Shown here piece after piece: positions 1-11,248 of a stretch of 64,000 nt of DNA. The DNA is taken from assembly GCA_000002445.1 (NCBI GenBank), contig CP000070.1, positions 2,048,001-2,112,000 of the forward strand, written 5' to 3'. The position numbers and the translations under genes are program-made. Within the stretch, counting starts at the first letter, position 1. Every line of letters begins with the position of its first letter. Source of the DNA: Trypanosoma brucei (Eukaryota). The notes under the pieces are model-generated. The model was not told the DNA's origin and did not search any database. It was given only the letters and a program-made list of their open reading frames with translations.

Positions 1-1371
1 TTTCTTTACCGCTAGCTTCTTCTTCCCACTGCAGTTGTTGTGACTGGAGGTCCTGCGGTTCCAAACTTGCGTTCCCCAACAATTCCATTGCCACCGGAAG
101 TATAAAAATATATATCCTCCTCTGACTTGGGCGAGGTGGGCGTGATGAAACTCTGCCCGTGTCTTTCACCTAAAATACATAAAGTTGTTGGTATTTGCAA
201 AAAGAAAAAAGAAGAAAATAAGGGGGCACAAAATGAGTGCAAATGAATCGGAAACTTTATAGTGTTGGGAAAGCAACATGCTCCGACGATTAGCGCTGGT
301 GACGAACATTCAAATAAACTGCCAGACACACACGTGTAAAGCTATGGGAATGCAAACGCAGAATTACTGTATGGTCATATCTACATGATGAGTGTGCATG
401 CGTGGAAACACGACATGTATATTTATGTGTATGTTGTAAAGGTGGAAACGGGCGGAGGAGTTAGTCAGCAACGGAAAAAAAATTTGTTAACGGCGAAACT
501 GCGTCGAGCACCGAAACTTTCCCCCCTCGCTGGTAGAAAAGAGAAGGAAAAACAAAACAAAACAAAACAACAACAACACCGACGGGAGATAAACAGAAAA
601 AAAAAAGAATCAAAAACCATGAACAATAATGATGGAGGTAACAATAATAATAATAATAACTACTTTTTTTTTAAAAAAAAGAAGTGTAACAACATACGAA
701 ACTGCAACACTGCTACCGGTAGAAAAACCTGTCATGAAATGCAAGGTGGGATATGACACGAGGCGTATTTATATAAATTGGCACGTGTAGGGCTTGAACA
801 TCTTCACTTTCAAAAATATACGTGCTTCACATTACGCAAAGTGTAGAAATCGCGTAAACCTGTTCGTGTGCATATGTTGAGGAGATGCTGAAATCATTAC
901 GAATTATAAACGTACACACGCAGGCGCTAGAGAAAACGCAGAAAGAGTGAAAACAGTTGGGAGTAATGAAACAATAAAAGACACGATGAACTTCCATATC
1001 GCGGAAAAAATGTAATTCGGCAAGTGGGAAACATCCTCAAAATATAAGGCGACGCAAGCACAAGGTTGCTATAAATGGAAGGAGCTCGCGGCATTCATAC
1101 TTACAGGCGGTGACTGCCGAACAAAAAGAGGAAAAATAATAAAAAAAAAGAAAGGTAGAAATGTAGAAAGAAGAAAGGAAGGAGGGGAGAGGGAGAGGGA
1201 ACGGTCCTCACACGTGTGGGTATTAAACTTTGGTGCTCACACTTATCATGAATTTATATAGACGCACTTATCTTCCTCCTTTTCTTCATGTGAGTGGCAA
1301 CCGCATCGGCACCCGCCCCTGCTCGCCACTACTTTATTTTATTCCCTCATCCCTAATATCCTTTTGTTGTT

Positions 1372-1400
1372 ATAATAATAATAATAATTATTATTATAAA
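1372..1400. repeat. (AAT)n/(ATT)n palindromic trinucleotide microsatellite.
   Basis: Read directly: ataataataataataattattattataa. Confidence 0.85.
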
Positions 1401-1930
1401 TCTCTTCTTCCTATTTCTGTTCCTTCATCGTATTTGCCCACCTCACATTGATTTTTCTATTTTTTTCCTTTTTCGTTTTCATACCGCTTCTTATCGTAAC
1501 CCATCTCCTCTCTCTCTCACATCTCATCTCTCTCTCTTTCTGCTTGTTTGTTTTGGATCCCCTTTACCTCGCTTATTATCTAGCTTTCAAACTTTATCGT
1601 TCTTTTACTTTTCCCCCCTTTCCATTGATTTATTCATTAAACTTAACAAGAGTCACAGACAGTGAGACATGTGCAATATAATATCTGAACACGTTGTCTT
1701 TCACTTATTACCAACTCTGATGTGTTAATTCATAATATTTTCATTTTGTAATTCGCGAAGCATCGCTCCTCAACGAAGCCAAAAATTTTTTTCTTTTGTT
1801 CGTATCTTGCGCTTGTTCATTTATTTATTTTTTTTCACGCACAGGAGAAGTCGTCATGTAAACACATGAAGGATGATTAAATAAATAAATAAAGAAGCAA
1901 AGTGACGAATGGATTGGTGTGAGGCGAATA

Positions 1931-1955
1931 AACAACAACAACAACAACAACAACG
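1931..1955. repeat. (CAA)8 trinucleotide repeat in a gene-free region.
   Basis: Read directly: caacaacaacaacaacaacaacaacga. Confidence 0.9.
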
Positions 1956-3162
1956 ACACGTGGCCTACGACAGAAAATATTTGTGTGAGTTTGTAAAAAG
2001 TGAAAAACAAAACGACAAAACAGAACAATAACGACAGTGCCAACAGTGGGAACCGTTGTAATAATAACAATGATAATACGTGACTACAAGAAGATCGATA
2101 GCAAACCAGTCGTTCTCAAAGCATCGTCGAAATTAGAGAAAAGCAAAAATAAGAGAGAGTGAGATAAAGAGAGAGAGAGAGAGAGAAAAAAAAAAAAGGA
2201 AACAAACGGTTGTGCCGCAAACATTATATAAATGGAGAGGGGTGTAAAAAAAAAAATCACAGACATGTATATATTTATATAAAAAATGGGGAAGAGACAC
2301 ACACAAGGATGGATGCGGCAACAGTTAAATACGGGCACGTGAATATGAGAAGGTGAAGTGCCCACACCAACCGACTTTCATTTCATTTCATTTAATTTTT
2401 TTTATTTTACTCTCCCGTTGCCCGCAGTTGCTACGTCAGAAAACACAACGACAGCAACAACATTCAAGTGACCCACTTTGCTTGCACTTGGCTTATATAT
2501 ATATATATATTATTTTCGCTTTAGTTGTTGCCGCTGTTGCTGTTAGGCCTGCAATAGGGCCATTCGCATATCCCGCTGCAGCCGTATCCGTGTCTTCATC
2601 CAGGGAATACGTGAAGAAGGAGAATCAAACCGAACGAAAACACCAAAAGAAAAAAAAAAGAAGGTTCAATAATAAATAAGCAAGAGGTGAATGGGAGGAA
2701 AAAAGAGAAAAGGGGAGAAAATACCAACAGACAGGTGCGTGCCGACCTCATACCAGAGCGGTGGTGACAGCGTACATGCAAATGACAACTGGCTGCAGAA
2801 ACACCAGCCAAATATAATTTGGATGCGCATAACGTTGCTTCATAGTTCATATAAACACAACTTCTGTGCCACCACATTATCATTCACACGTTTCTCCACA
2901 TATTCATTTCCTTTTTCTGTCATTACTAAACCAGTCGTGGCGGTCATGCTTCCGCGCACCCGCTGTCCTCATTTACGATTATTACAATTATATTTATAAT
3001 TATTTCTTACGGTTATTCCTTTCGCCTTCGCCTTCACTTTCACTCTCACCCTCATTAGTAAACGACATATCTGCTGTAATCTACTCGTCACACGTGTCAG
3101 AGTTCCTTTTCCTCACATCAATTCCATTCTATCCGAACAATGAACTTCTCATCCATCTCTTC

Positions 3163-3201
3163 GTATATATATGTATATATATATATATATATATACACGT
3201 T
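3163..3201. repeat. (TA)n microsatellite immediately 3' of the phosphatase ORF.
   Basis: Read directly: tatatatatgtatatatatatatatatatatatac. Confidence 0.9.
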
Positions 3202-3226
3202 GCTTTTTTTTTGTCCTTTCTTTTTT

Positions 3227-6127
3227 CTAATGCGGCGAGGCGCATTCGCCAGCAAGCGCCTGCAACGCAAGTACGAAACCAATGTTAGGACTTATGTTCC
3301 TTTTCTTTCTGAGCATTTCAAATGCCCATTGATAACTTCCTGCTGTTTTTGAGCCTTCCTCCACACTCCTGCGCGCTACACAGCAACAACAGGCACAATC
3401 GGCAATGACATCACAATCGTTCTTCCCCACATTCGGCACCTCAGCACCTCCATTATTATTACTGCTGGTGCCGGGAGTTGCACTCATGGGGATGTTGTTA
3501 CTGGCATCATTTCCACATACTGCGAATGAGCTTGCCCCAACAGCAGTAGAGGGACTTCCACTACCGCTGGTGACAGCTGCTGGTGTGGTTGTGTTGACTC
3601 CTCTTCTTGGGCTAAAGCTACAGTTGCCGGCGCGGATCATTGCACCGTTTGGGGATGAGGGGTGAGTTGACGGTGGAAGCGCAGAGCCGCAACACACGGG
3701 CGCGCAACTGCCATCACGTACCGCAGGCGCACTGTGGTTCTCTGCTTCCTTTATCAACGTTGCCACTTCATCGCTGATCCGGCCCCAGCACCCGTTAGAG
3801 GAGAGAAACTCCCCGTAAAGAATAAGATACCCCAAAACGATAGTTGCGCTACGACTCACACCCTCTCGACAATGAACAAGTATACCACCGGCACCCCACG
3901 ACTGGAACATGGGCGGAAGGACGCTGTTGCTATTATGCGTAGAGGACGCTACAGGTTTGTTACTACCGCCGCAACCGTCACCAGCATTGGTGACACCATG
4001 ACAGGTGGCGGCTCCAATGTTACCATCACCCACCATTCCCTGTTCTGCACCCTTTCCAAACTTTCTGGTGCCCACCGCACCGTTCGTAGCGACTTTTGTG
4101 GCATTACTGCCGGTGCTACCCGCGGCGCATTGCGAACTATGACAACAGTTGGTGTTGCCATTCGTCGGGTGCTTGCAGAACGGGGGAGTCGTTTCCGTTC
4201 TGGTCAGCTCAAACTGCCGACGGTGCAGCTGAGTGTGAATCAGCTGTGCGAAGGATACCAGGTACCGCGCAACATCCTCATCACTGTTATCCTTCATGTG
4301 GAATTTCATGTAGTGGACGTTGCATGGGTTATTCAGCATTTCAGGGGTCACTGCACACTCCGTCGCTACGTTTATTACCAGCGAGATGCCCCGCTCAGCT
4401 AGAACCTCAGGCCTTTTGGAGTCGGCATAGGAACCAATAAACAAGCCCGACACCACCTCTGCTGCGTTGAAGCCCGTAAGGACAGCTGGCCTTGATATAA
4501 CTGAGCCGTTTTGTGGCGGGTGATCATTATCCTTCCGCAACACCTTCCTCTTTTCGCCACTGTCCATCCCCTTCTTTCGTTTGCATGGTGAGATTTGCTG
4601 AGGAGTTCGGCTTCCTCGCCCGCCGATGGTATCGGACTCTGCCCTCCACGATTTATCCATTGGTCCTGTGAGGGCTGACATCGCTGTACTCGATGGATGC
4701 CTGCTGAGGTCCAGCCGACAGGACACAGCGCTTAATGTCGTTGAAGGGCCCCGTGGAGCCGAATGTCTGTCCGTCTCATTATTCGCTGATGCCTCCGGAG
4801 ACGCGGCAGTAACGGGTGAGAAGGAGGGTGATTGCGGTAGTGTGATGAGTAAGGGATTCGCATTGGCCGCACTGAGTCGGTCCCGAATCCTCTGCCATCT
4901 ACTGTTGGAACCAACTTCTTCTCCTCCCTCAGCCCGTGCAGCCATCGTGTCCACTCCCGGCCCCTCTTCTACCATTCCTTGGCAAGGAAGACTCGGACTA
5001 AAATCCCTCCCTTCACCTAAGCCCCTGTTTATGCTCACGCTCTGCTCCTCAAAATATGAGTATTCCCTCACTAGTGGCTGCGACACATCAACTGTGGGTG
5101 ACTGGCTCACCGCCTCAGGCGTCCGGTTCCCTTCAGTGTCTTCACTTGTATCCACACCGGGGCATATGCGAGCACCGCCCCTAAGGATGTCGCTGCATCT
5201 ACCGATGCTGAATGACCGAGCCTCATCTTTGCCAACCGAGAGTGGTGGCGTCACAATATCATCAAACTTCGCCGTGCTGCGCGGTACTCCACCTCGCGTG
5301 TTGCACACCCTTCCTTCTAAGCCTCCCAGCGCTTCACAGCGCAAAGCCCCGCCGGTGCAACTTATATTCGACCTGAAGGTCCTCTCATTTGTTCCCAAGG
5401 GAGCGCGTGCCAGTGGTGACCTTGGAGTAAAGGCTGACGTCGTTCTCGTGGAAGTTAAGCCAGCTACGAGCTGACTATCCCTACTTTCTTCCTCTCCTTC
5501 AATTCTCACACTTCCCACAAATGGTCTAACATACGAAGTTGTCTTGCACGTGGCAGGGAGTGTGGTGAGGAGACCAGCGGCACGCTCCCGTTGCGTAGGA
5601 TTACTGCGGTGATCGGGGGCCCGGCTGTTAGCGTTGCTTTGCCTTTCGTCACCGGCGGCAGCAGACATTGTGATTTTCTGTGCCCCTGTTGCCAAGCTGT
5701 CTTTTTGCACCGCCAGCGGCGGCCACAAGTCTTCGTGCTCGTCTGTCAACTCCTCATCCCAATTAAAGGTTGTAGTGAGAGGCAGCGGCATGGTTTTGCT
5801 AAATTCTTCTTCCTCTTCTTGTTGCTTTTGCCGTTGCAGTGCAACCTTCGCGCGCCCCCCAGTTGTTGTTGTTGTTATTGGTGGTACATGCAGCGGCACC
5901 GAGGAGACGAGATGCGAGTCGGGTGGCAAACTGTGTACCCTCGCCCTCGGTTCAAAACGGGTTCCACCACTGCTTCTACTAGCGCGCCCAGTTGGTTCAG
6001 TAGTGGGGTGAAGGCTTGCTGTGTTGCGTCCGTCCCAATGATCCGAACTACTTCCTGGCGGCGTCTCACCACGTTCATTTTTCTTCCCTTTCTTCCCTCT
6101 TTCCCGTTTTGTTGCTTCTCTTTCCAT
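3227..6127 (-). CDS. Dual-specificity protein phosphatase-like protein (966 aa ORF). The catalytic domain carries a large Cys/Gly/Asn-rich insertion, and the flanking regions are long S/T/P-rich and low-complexity.
   Basis: Uninterrupted 966-aa ORF. It contains the CX5R active-site signature VHCREGVSRSATIVLGYL (HCxxGxxRS), preceded by the DSP-type LFIGS...ISLVINV motifs. Real start may be an internal Met. Confidence 0.6.
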   Translation of the reverse strand: MEREATKRERGKKGKKNERGETPPGSSSDHWDGRNTASLHPTTEPTGRASRSSGGTRFEPRARVHSLPPDSHLVSSVPLHVPPITTTTTGGRAKVALQRQKQQEEEEEFSKTMPLPLTTTFNWDEELTDEHEDLWPPLAVQKDSLATGAQKITMSAAAGDERQSNANSRAPDHRSNPTQRERAAGLLTTLPATCKTTSYVRPFVGSVRIEGEEESRDSQLVAGLTSTRTTSAFTPRSPLARAPLGTNERTFRSNISCTGGALRCEALGGLEGRVCNTRGGVPRSTAKFDDIVTPPLSVGKDEARSFSIGRCSDILRGGARICPGVDTSEDTEGNRTPEAVSQSPTVDVSQPLVREYSYFEEQSVSINRGLGEGRDFSPSLPCQGMVEEGPGVDTMAARAEGGEEVGSNSRWQRIRDRLSAANANPLLITLPQSPSFSPVTAASPEASANNETDRHSAPRGPSTTLSAVSCRLDLSRHPSSTAMSALTGPMDKSWRAESDTIGGRGSRTPQQISPCKRKKGMDSGEKRKVLRKDNDHPPQNGSVISRPAVLTGFNAAEVVSGLFIGSYADSKRPEVLAERGISLVINVATECAVTPEMLNNPCNVHYMKFHMKDNSDEDVARYLVSFAQLIHTQLHRRQFELTRTETTPPFCKHPTNGNTNCCHSSQCAAGSTGSNATKVATNGAVGTRKFGKGAEQGMVGDGNIGAATCHGVTNAGDGCGGSNKPVASSTHNSNSVLPPMFQSWGAGGILVHCREGVSRSATIVLGYLILYGEFLSSNGCWGRISDEVATLIKEAENHSAPAVRDGSCAPVCCGSALPPSTHPSSPNGAMIRAGNCSFSPRRGVNTTTPAAVTSGSGSPSTAVGASSFAVCGNDASNNIPMSATPGTSSNNNGGAEVPNVGKNDCDVIADCACCCCVARRSVEEGSKTAGSYQWAFEMLRKKRNISPNIGFVLALQALAGECASPH

Positions 6128-7928
6128 CTTTTTTTCCCCCGTTTTCCCGCACGTATGTATACGTGCTCAGACTATATTTGTTTCCCCCCTACTTTCCCTT
6201 TCCCTTGGATTTTACTCCTCTAAACTAAAAGCCGGCTTTCCCGTTTTTGTTGTATTTCCTTTTGCACTTCTCCCTCCACACCACAGAGATGGTGGGAGCG
6301 GTTTGAACAACTTTTTCTCACGAGAATGTACCGATGACTGATTAGAATTACCACGTATGACCGCAAGATGCATTCACGCATATATATTATATGCGGTTAC
6401 GTTTGCATGTGGTGGTAAACGGTGCATGGGTAACATAAAGGCGACACCGAACGGGAAGGGTGGCAACAAAAAGAAAGAGATAGAGGGGGAAAGAGATCAA
6501 AAATAAAGTGGTATTTTACGAGTGAAAAGACAACAATATTATCCTATGGTGATTTGTGGTGGCCGCGTTTAGCCAAGCCATCACCTAAACGTAACTGCGG
6601 TTGTATTTACTGCTAACAATTATACGAGGAATACAGGAATGGCTCGAGGGAGAGGTGTTGTGTTGTGCTGTTTTTGCTTTCCTGCGATTATTACTATCAT
6701 TTCCTTTTGTTTGTTAGTTATATATGTTTTGTTCATGATTAATATTTCTTTTTTTTTCTTTCTCCTCAGTTTCATTACCTTTTTTCGCTTACTCGTGCGT
6801 GCAAGGGAAGTGAAAAAAGAAGGGATCGCCATGAACATCATGATCACCATAATAACGAAAGGAGGAAGAGCTCGAACAGTAAAGAACGTGTTGGTGAATC
6901 CGTTCTTAATGATCATTTCCTTCCTTCCCGCTATTTCATTCCCCCCTTTCGTCCCTTTCGCAGGTATTCTTATTCTTCCCTTTATGCTAATAAATATATA
7001 TTTAAATATATTTGAATGGCATCAGTGTCACTCCTTTTTTTGTTTACACTCAGTTACACTTATTTTAGGTTTCCTTTTCTTTTCTCTCTCTCTCTTATCG
7101 CTGATTGACGTTTAAAACATGAAAGACGGGCACGGAGGGAGCAAAAATAAAGCACAAACACATACGCGCAAAGAAAAAAAAGATGAAAGTGTGAGGGGTA
7201 AAGAGGGAAAAAAAAGAGGCTGAGGAAACGGTTAAACGAAACAAAGAAAAAAAAAGGTGGGCGGATAAATGACACGCTCAACATCACCACTGCTTCCATC
7301 TGTTGCCATACCTTTTACTTACAGTAATAAGTCGTGTTACAATAATAATCATAGTAATAATAACTGTAACTGTGGTAATAACACACTGACCAAAGAAAAA
7401 AGAAGGAGATGACGAAGCTGACGAAATGTACGAGGGGAACGCGACGAGGCCAGTGTGATATACCTCCACAGCAATAATAATGATAGAAATAGTTGGAACA
7501 ATAACTGTAAGTAAAGAACAAACATGGCAAATGAAACAATACAAAAAAAAGATAAGAAACAATATAAAAGATATTTTTTAACGACCTGAAAAATGAAAAC
7601 ATTATAAAAGGAGGACGAAAAACATTTACACGTGAGTTTGTGCCCGCGTGGGTTGACGGAATCAGGGGGAAATGCAGTAACAAGTTGCTTTTGAATCACA
7701 GCACGACAAACCACGACAATTAAAATGAATGCAATACATACCGTAATAATGCTACTTCCATATCTTCCCCTATAAATTAGCGCCGCGCCGTGTTAATCGA
7801 TGGACATATGCAAAAACAAAGCACACACACGCACAAACACGGGGTCATCCATTTATATAAGTATCAATGTCTGACTGAAAGTTCATGCGCATTCATGGTC
7901 CCTGGTGAGCCAGGAGAGTGAGAATAAA

Positions 7929-7950
7929 ACCTACCTACCTACCTACCTAC

Positions 7951-8008
<58 letters not shown>
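7929..8008. repeat. Compound microsatellite: (CCTA)n about 6 copies followed by (AC)n about 27 copies.
   Basis: The sequence reads cctacctacctacctacctacctac then acacac... to about 8007. Confidence 0.95.
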
Positions 8009-8013
<5 letters not shown>

Positions 8014-8392
8014 ATTCACATATTAATATATATATATACATATATAAATGCACGGAAATATAGGGATTGATAGACAAGCAGAATCGTGCTGTCGTTACTT
8101 GACTGACTCAAGACCAATGGAAAGTAAGATGAAGCGGAGGATCTTCCCTCCCTTTCCTTCTGCATCCCCTCCAGTCTCCACATTTTCACTTCACTCTTCA
8201 TTCATTTTCCTCTTCTCAGCCTCTTACTTCTTCCTCCCCTTTAACCTTCTTTTCCCATGTTTTCTTTTCCACTCGCATCCCCATTCCCCCTTCAGCTTCC
8301 TTTTTCTTCCTTCTTAAATATTCCCTTTTACCTCTCCTTTTCCCTTTTCGTTAGTTTCACATCTCCATTTCAAAAGTTTGTGCCGTGTTTGA

Positions 8393-10567
8393 TTATCGGT
8401 AGTCCCTGTAGTGATCAGGTTTACGCCGCTTCGCTCCTACACCTCTTTCACCCCTTTGCCATGGCAGTCCTTTTTCTGCTGGTGGCTGCTGCTGCTGCTC
8501 ATCCGACACTGCGATCGCGGATGCGTGCTGTATTTTGCTTCGTACCGTGCGCGAGAACCATTTATTTGAGCCTGTGTTGGAGGCATCAGTGCCGCTACTA
8601 CCATTAACAACAACGATATCGTTGGTGTTGTTATTATTATGGTTTTCACTGACGTTACCCCTACGTTGTTGCTTCACTGCTGAGCCAGTTGTACCGTTTC
8701 CTACTGAAGTCCCACTAGCGTAGCGATGGCCGTTATTAACGCCGTTACCAACGGTGTCACAACTTACACCGGCGCCTCCAACACTACCGGTCACAGAGGT
8801 CTTTAAATCTTTCTTGAATGGATCCACACAACTTTGCCCATTGGTGTGGTCGAAGTTGTGAGGGCGTGGCGCGGAAGAGGAAGAGCCATCAACAACGTAT
8901 TGACCTTTTGTAGTAACCAGCGAGCCTCCATCCATGCGGACGGAATTTCCAAATGACGAGAAGCCATTAGCTACGGTACCCGACGCCCCCACCATTGTCG
9001 CGCATGCCGATGCCGCAGTAACAGAGCTTGAAGCTGCTGCGGCAGCTACGCTGTGGTCAGTGCCAAGTTCTCGACTGTTACGATTGGCAATGCCAAACTG
9101 CTGCTGCTGTTGTTGTTGTTGCTGACGGAAGTCTACCTTCTTGTCCATACAAGCCTCTCCACTCCTGTTGATCATCACTGGTGTGGTCATCTGGTACATT
9201 TGGCGACCGTATATGGTAGGCACCAATACAGCAGAACAGCCATAACCGTTAATCCCGTTGCTCTCCGAAAGGTAAAACTGGCGGCTCCTTTCTCGAATTC
9301 GGTTCAGGAAAATCCGATCGCTCTGTTCCATGCGCTGGGCCCGTCGTGCGAGGTTTGACTCGAGCCCACATTTCCAGGGACGGAGGTGTTCAGCCCAAAA
9401 GCGGGCCCCAAACTCCCGTAGCGCTACCTCGTTCTGTGCGCTAACGTCCTCTCCAACGCAGTCATTGTTGCTGCTGACCTCCACTTCGGCAAGTTCCTTA
9501 ACGAGCCGCCTCATGAGTCTCGCTAGCGTTTCATAGTCCTCGTCATCTATCCACAGATCCCACCCTAGCACTGAACAGAAGCGCAGCTCGAGTTTGTTCA
9601 TCTCCGATAGTTTAATACCACCAAGAAAACTATAATACCTATTGTCGAAGAACCGATCTTCACGCATCTTAGCACTGAGCATAGCGCTGGTGATCATGAG
9701 GCGGTGCACGTTATAGTACGTAACGGGGTGGGAAATGGTAAAAGAATACTTGAGCAGCATAATGAGGCTTACCAGAAGCGTCTCCCCACTGAAGGAACCC
9801 CTCAACCTGAAGCGCTGGGTATAGGCAGCTATTGACGTCCCAGGAATCGAGGAGGAATGGAAATCTGTTGTGAGAAGCGGCTCCGATGAGTTTTCCTCGC
9901 ATAAGCTCTCCAAGAAAAGCACGAGGCCCCTGCATACTGTGTCCAGTTCAATTGGAAGCGTCACAGCTCTCTTCTCTCCATCAGCATTATCATCCCCGTT
10001 GACAACACCATTACTATCGTGGCCATCAGCAGGACGGCCATCACCATCTGGTGCAATAAACCCACTGCCTTTCGTCGTGTCACGTCCCCCCGCAACTTCG
10101 TTGTTTTCGTGGCCACACTTTTGCCCCAGTTCATCTCGTGCTTCCTCCTCTTGCCCACACGAAGGAGATAATCCGTTCACTGCACCCCTCTCATCCACAG
10201 CACCACTAGCGGCACTTGTGTCGCTGTTGTTGTTGTTTTTAACCCCTTTGTTGCACACCACTTCGGTGTTATTACGATTGTCGTCGCTACTACCTATAAG
10301 GGCTACGTGCCTACCTTTATCATCATTACCATTGCTCGTGCAGCTACTACAATTTGAATTAATGTGGGCGACTGTTGTGACATCGTGAGCAGTCCCTGTC
10401 CTTGCTCGTTTTACCTTTTTATGCATTTCATGATTACGATGGTAATCACATGCATCGTCCTCGCCGTCGTTATCATTGATATTGTCCAGCATGTCGGTGT
10501 GTATGTTGTCTCGCTGTGGCGAAAGGGGCTTCCACGAATTAGAAACACCACAGGCGTGTGGATTCAT
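8393..10567 (-). CDS. PHO80-like (CYC2-family) cyclin, 724 aa, with long N-terminal extension and a poly-Q tract.
   Basis: 724-aa ORF. It carries a cyclin-box segment typical of the PHO80 family (RLMITSAMLSAKMREDRFFDNRYYSFLGGIKLSEMNKLELRFCSVLGWDLWI). There is a Q9 run encoded by (CAG/CAA)n. Confidence 0.6.
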   Translation of the reverse strand: MNPHACGVSNSWKPLSPQRDNIHTDMLDNINDNDGEDDACDYHRNHEMHKKVKRARTGTAHDVTTVAHINSNCSSCTSNGNDDKGRHVALIGSSDDNRNNTEVVCNKGVKNNNNSDTSAASGAVDERGAVNGLSPSCGQEEEARDELGQKCGHENNEVAGGRDTTKGSGFIAPDGDGRPADGHDSNGVVNGDDNADGEKRAVTLPIELDTVCRGLVLFLESLCEENSSEPLLTTDFHSSSIPGTSIAAYTQRFRLRGSFSGETLLVSLIMLLKYSFTISHPVTYYNVHRLMITSAMLSAKMREDRFFDNRYYSFLGGIKLSEMNKLELRFCSVLGWDLWIDDEDYETLARLMRRLVKELAEVEVSSNNDCVGEDVSAQNEVALREFGARFWAEHLRPWKCGLESNLARRAQRMEQSDRIFLNRIRERSRQFYLSESNGINGYGCSAVLVPTIYGRQMYQMTTPVMINRSGEACMDKKVDFRQQQQQQQQQFGIANRNSRELGTDHSVAAAAASSSVTAASACATMVGASGTVANGFSSFGNSVRMDGGSLVTTKGQYVVDGSSSSAPRPHNFDHTNGQSCVDPFKKDLKTSVTGSVGGAGVSCDTVGNGVNNGHRYASGTSVGNGTTGSAVKQQRRGNVSENHNNNNTNDIVVVNGSSGTDASNTGSNKWFSRTVRSKIQHASAIAVSDEQQQQPPAEKGLPWQRGERGVGAKRRKPDHYRDYR
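9097..9124 (-). repeat. Coding (CAG/CAA)n trinucleotide repeat, the poly-Q of the cyclin.
   Basis: The + strand reads ctgctgctgctgttgttgttgttgttgctg. It translates on the minus strand to QQQQQQQQQ. Confidence 0.9.
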
Positions 10568-11248
10568 ACCGGCGGCAGCGCTGACAGCGTCCTAAGCGGG
10601 AATGTCGCAACAGGCTGAACAGAAAACACTAGTTTGCGTAAGCCCGTCCACTCGGTCCCCTTCTCTCTCTTTTTTTTTTAAATCTTAAAAAGAGAATAAT
10701 TCCTACTATCTTCTCCCCCTTACCTATCACAGCGTCTCCTGAGTCAGGGCCTCTACCGTGTCTTACTTTATTACAAACTCAACTTATTCACCTACAACCC
10801 AAATGACACTACCACCGCAACTTTCCTTTATTTTTCAAAAGCTTTCCTTATTTATAATATTTGCTACCGTGTTCACTAGTTACTACGCTCCCGCGCTTGA
10901 GCGACTGCAAGTCCTGCGTATCCCGATCACCCCTTAAGCGAGTGCTAGAGAAGGAACCGAGGAAAATAAATATTTGTGAATTTGTACACACACAAGTGCA
11001 GACGGACGTAAGGACAAGACCGGATATGTTGGCGTGTAGTGGCAAAAAAAATAAATAAATAAAAATAATGAAACCCACCCGTCCCATCTTGTTACGGCCG
11101 GAGTGGACGTTACCCTTGTGACAGTGACGCGCGCAACAAATGGAAACACAAACCGTGCTGCACTATGAAGAGAAGAGGAAGCATACCGCGATCCGTCCCC
11201 CCTTTTCCCAATGGGGAAAAGGTGTGAGAATTGAGTGGATGGAAAACG

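Noticed and set aside
12-329. 105-aa minus-strand ORF at the window edge
   Set aside because: It is short and has no motifs. It lies in a region of homopolymer tracts and could be a fragment of an upstream gene 3' end, but this cannot be supported.
4626-5474. 282-aa plus-strand ORF, plus 3734-4402 and 4096-4440
   Set aside because: They are antisense to the dual-specificity phosphatase ORF and have low-complexity S/P/R-rich translations. All other genes of the cluster are on the minus strand.
6620-7714. Cluster of 80-160-aa ORFs on both strands in the 6.1-8.4 kb spacer
   Set aside because: Their translations are dominated by F/L/I/S runs from T-rich and A-rich tracts. The ORFs overlap each other in several frames. 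This is consistent with AT-rich intergenic or UTR DNA, not genes.
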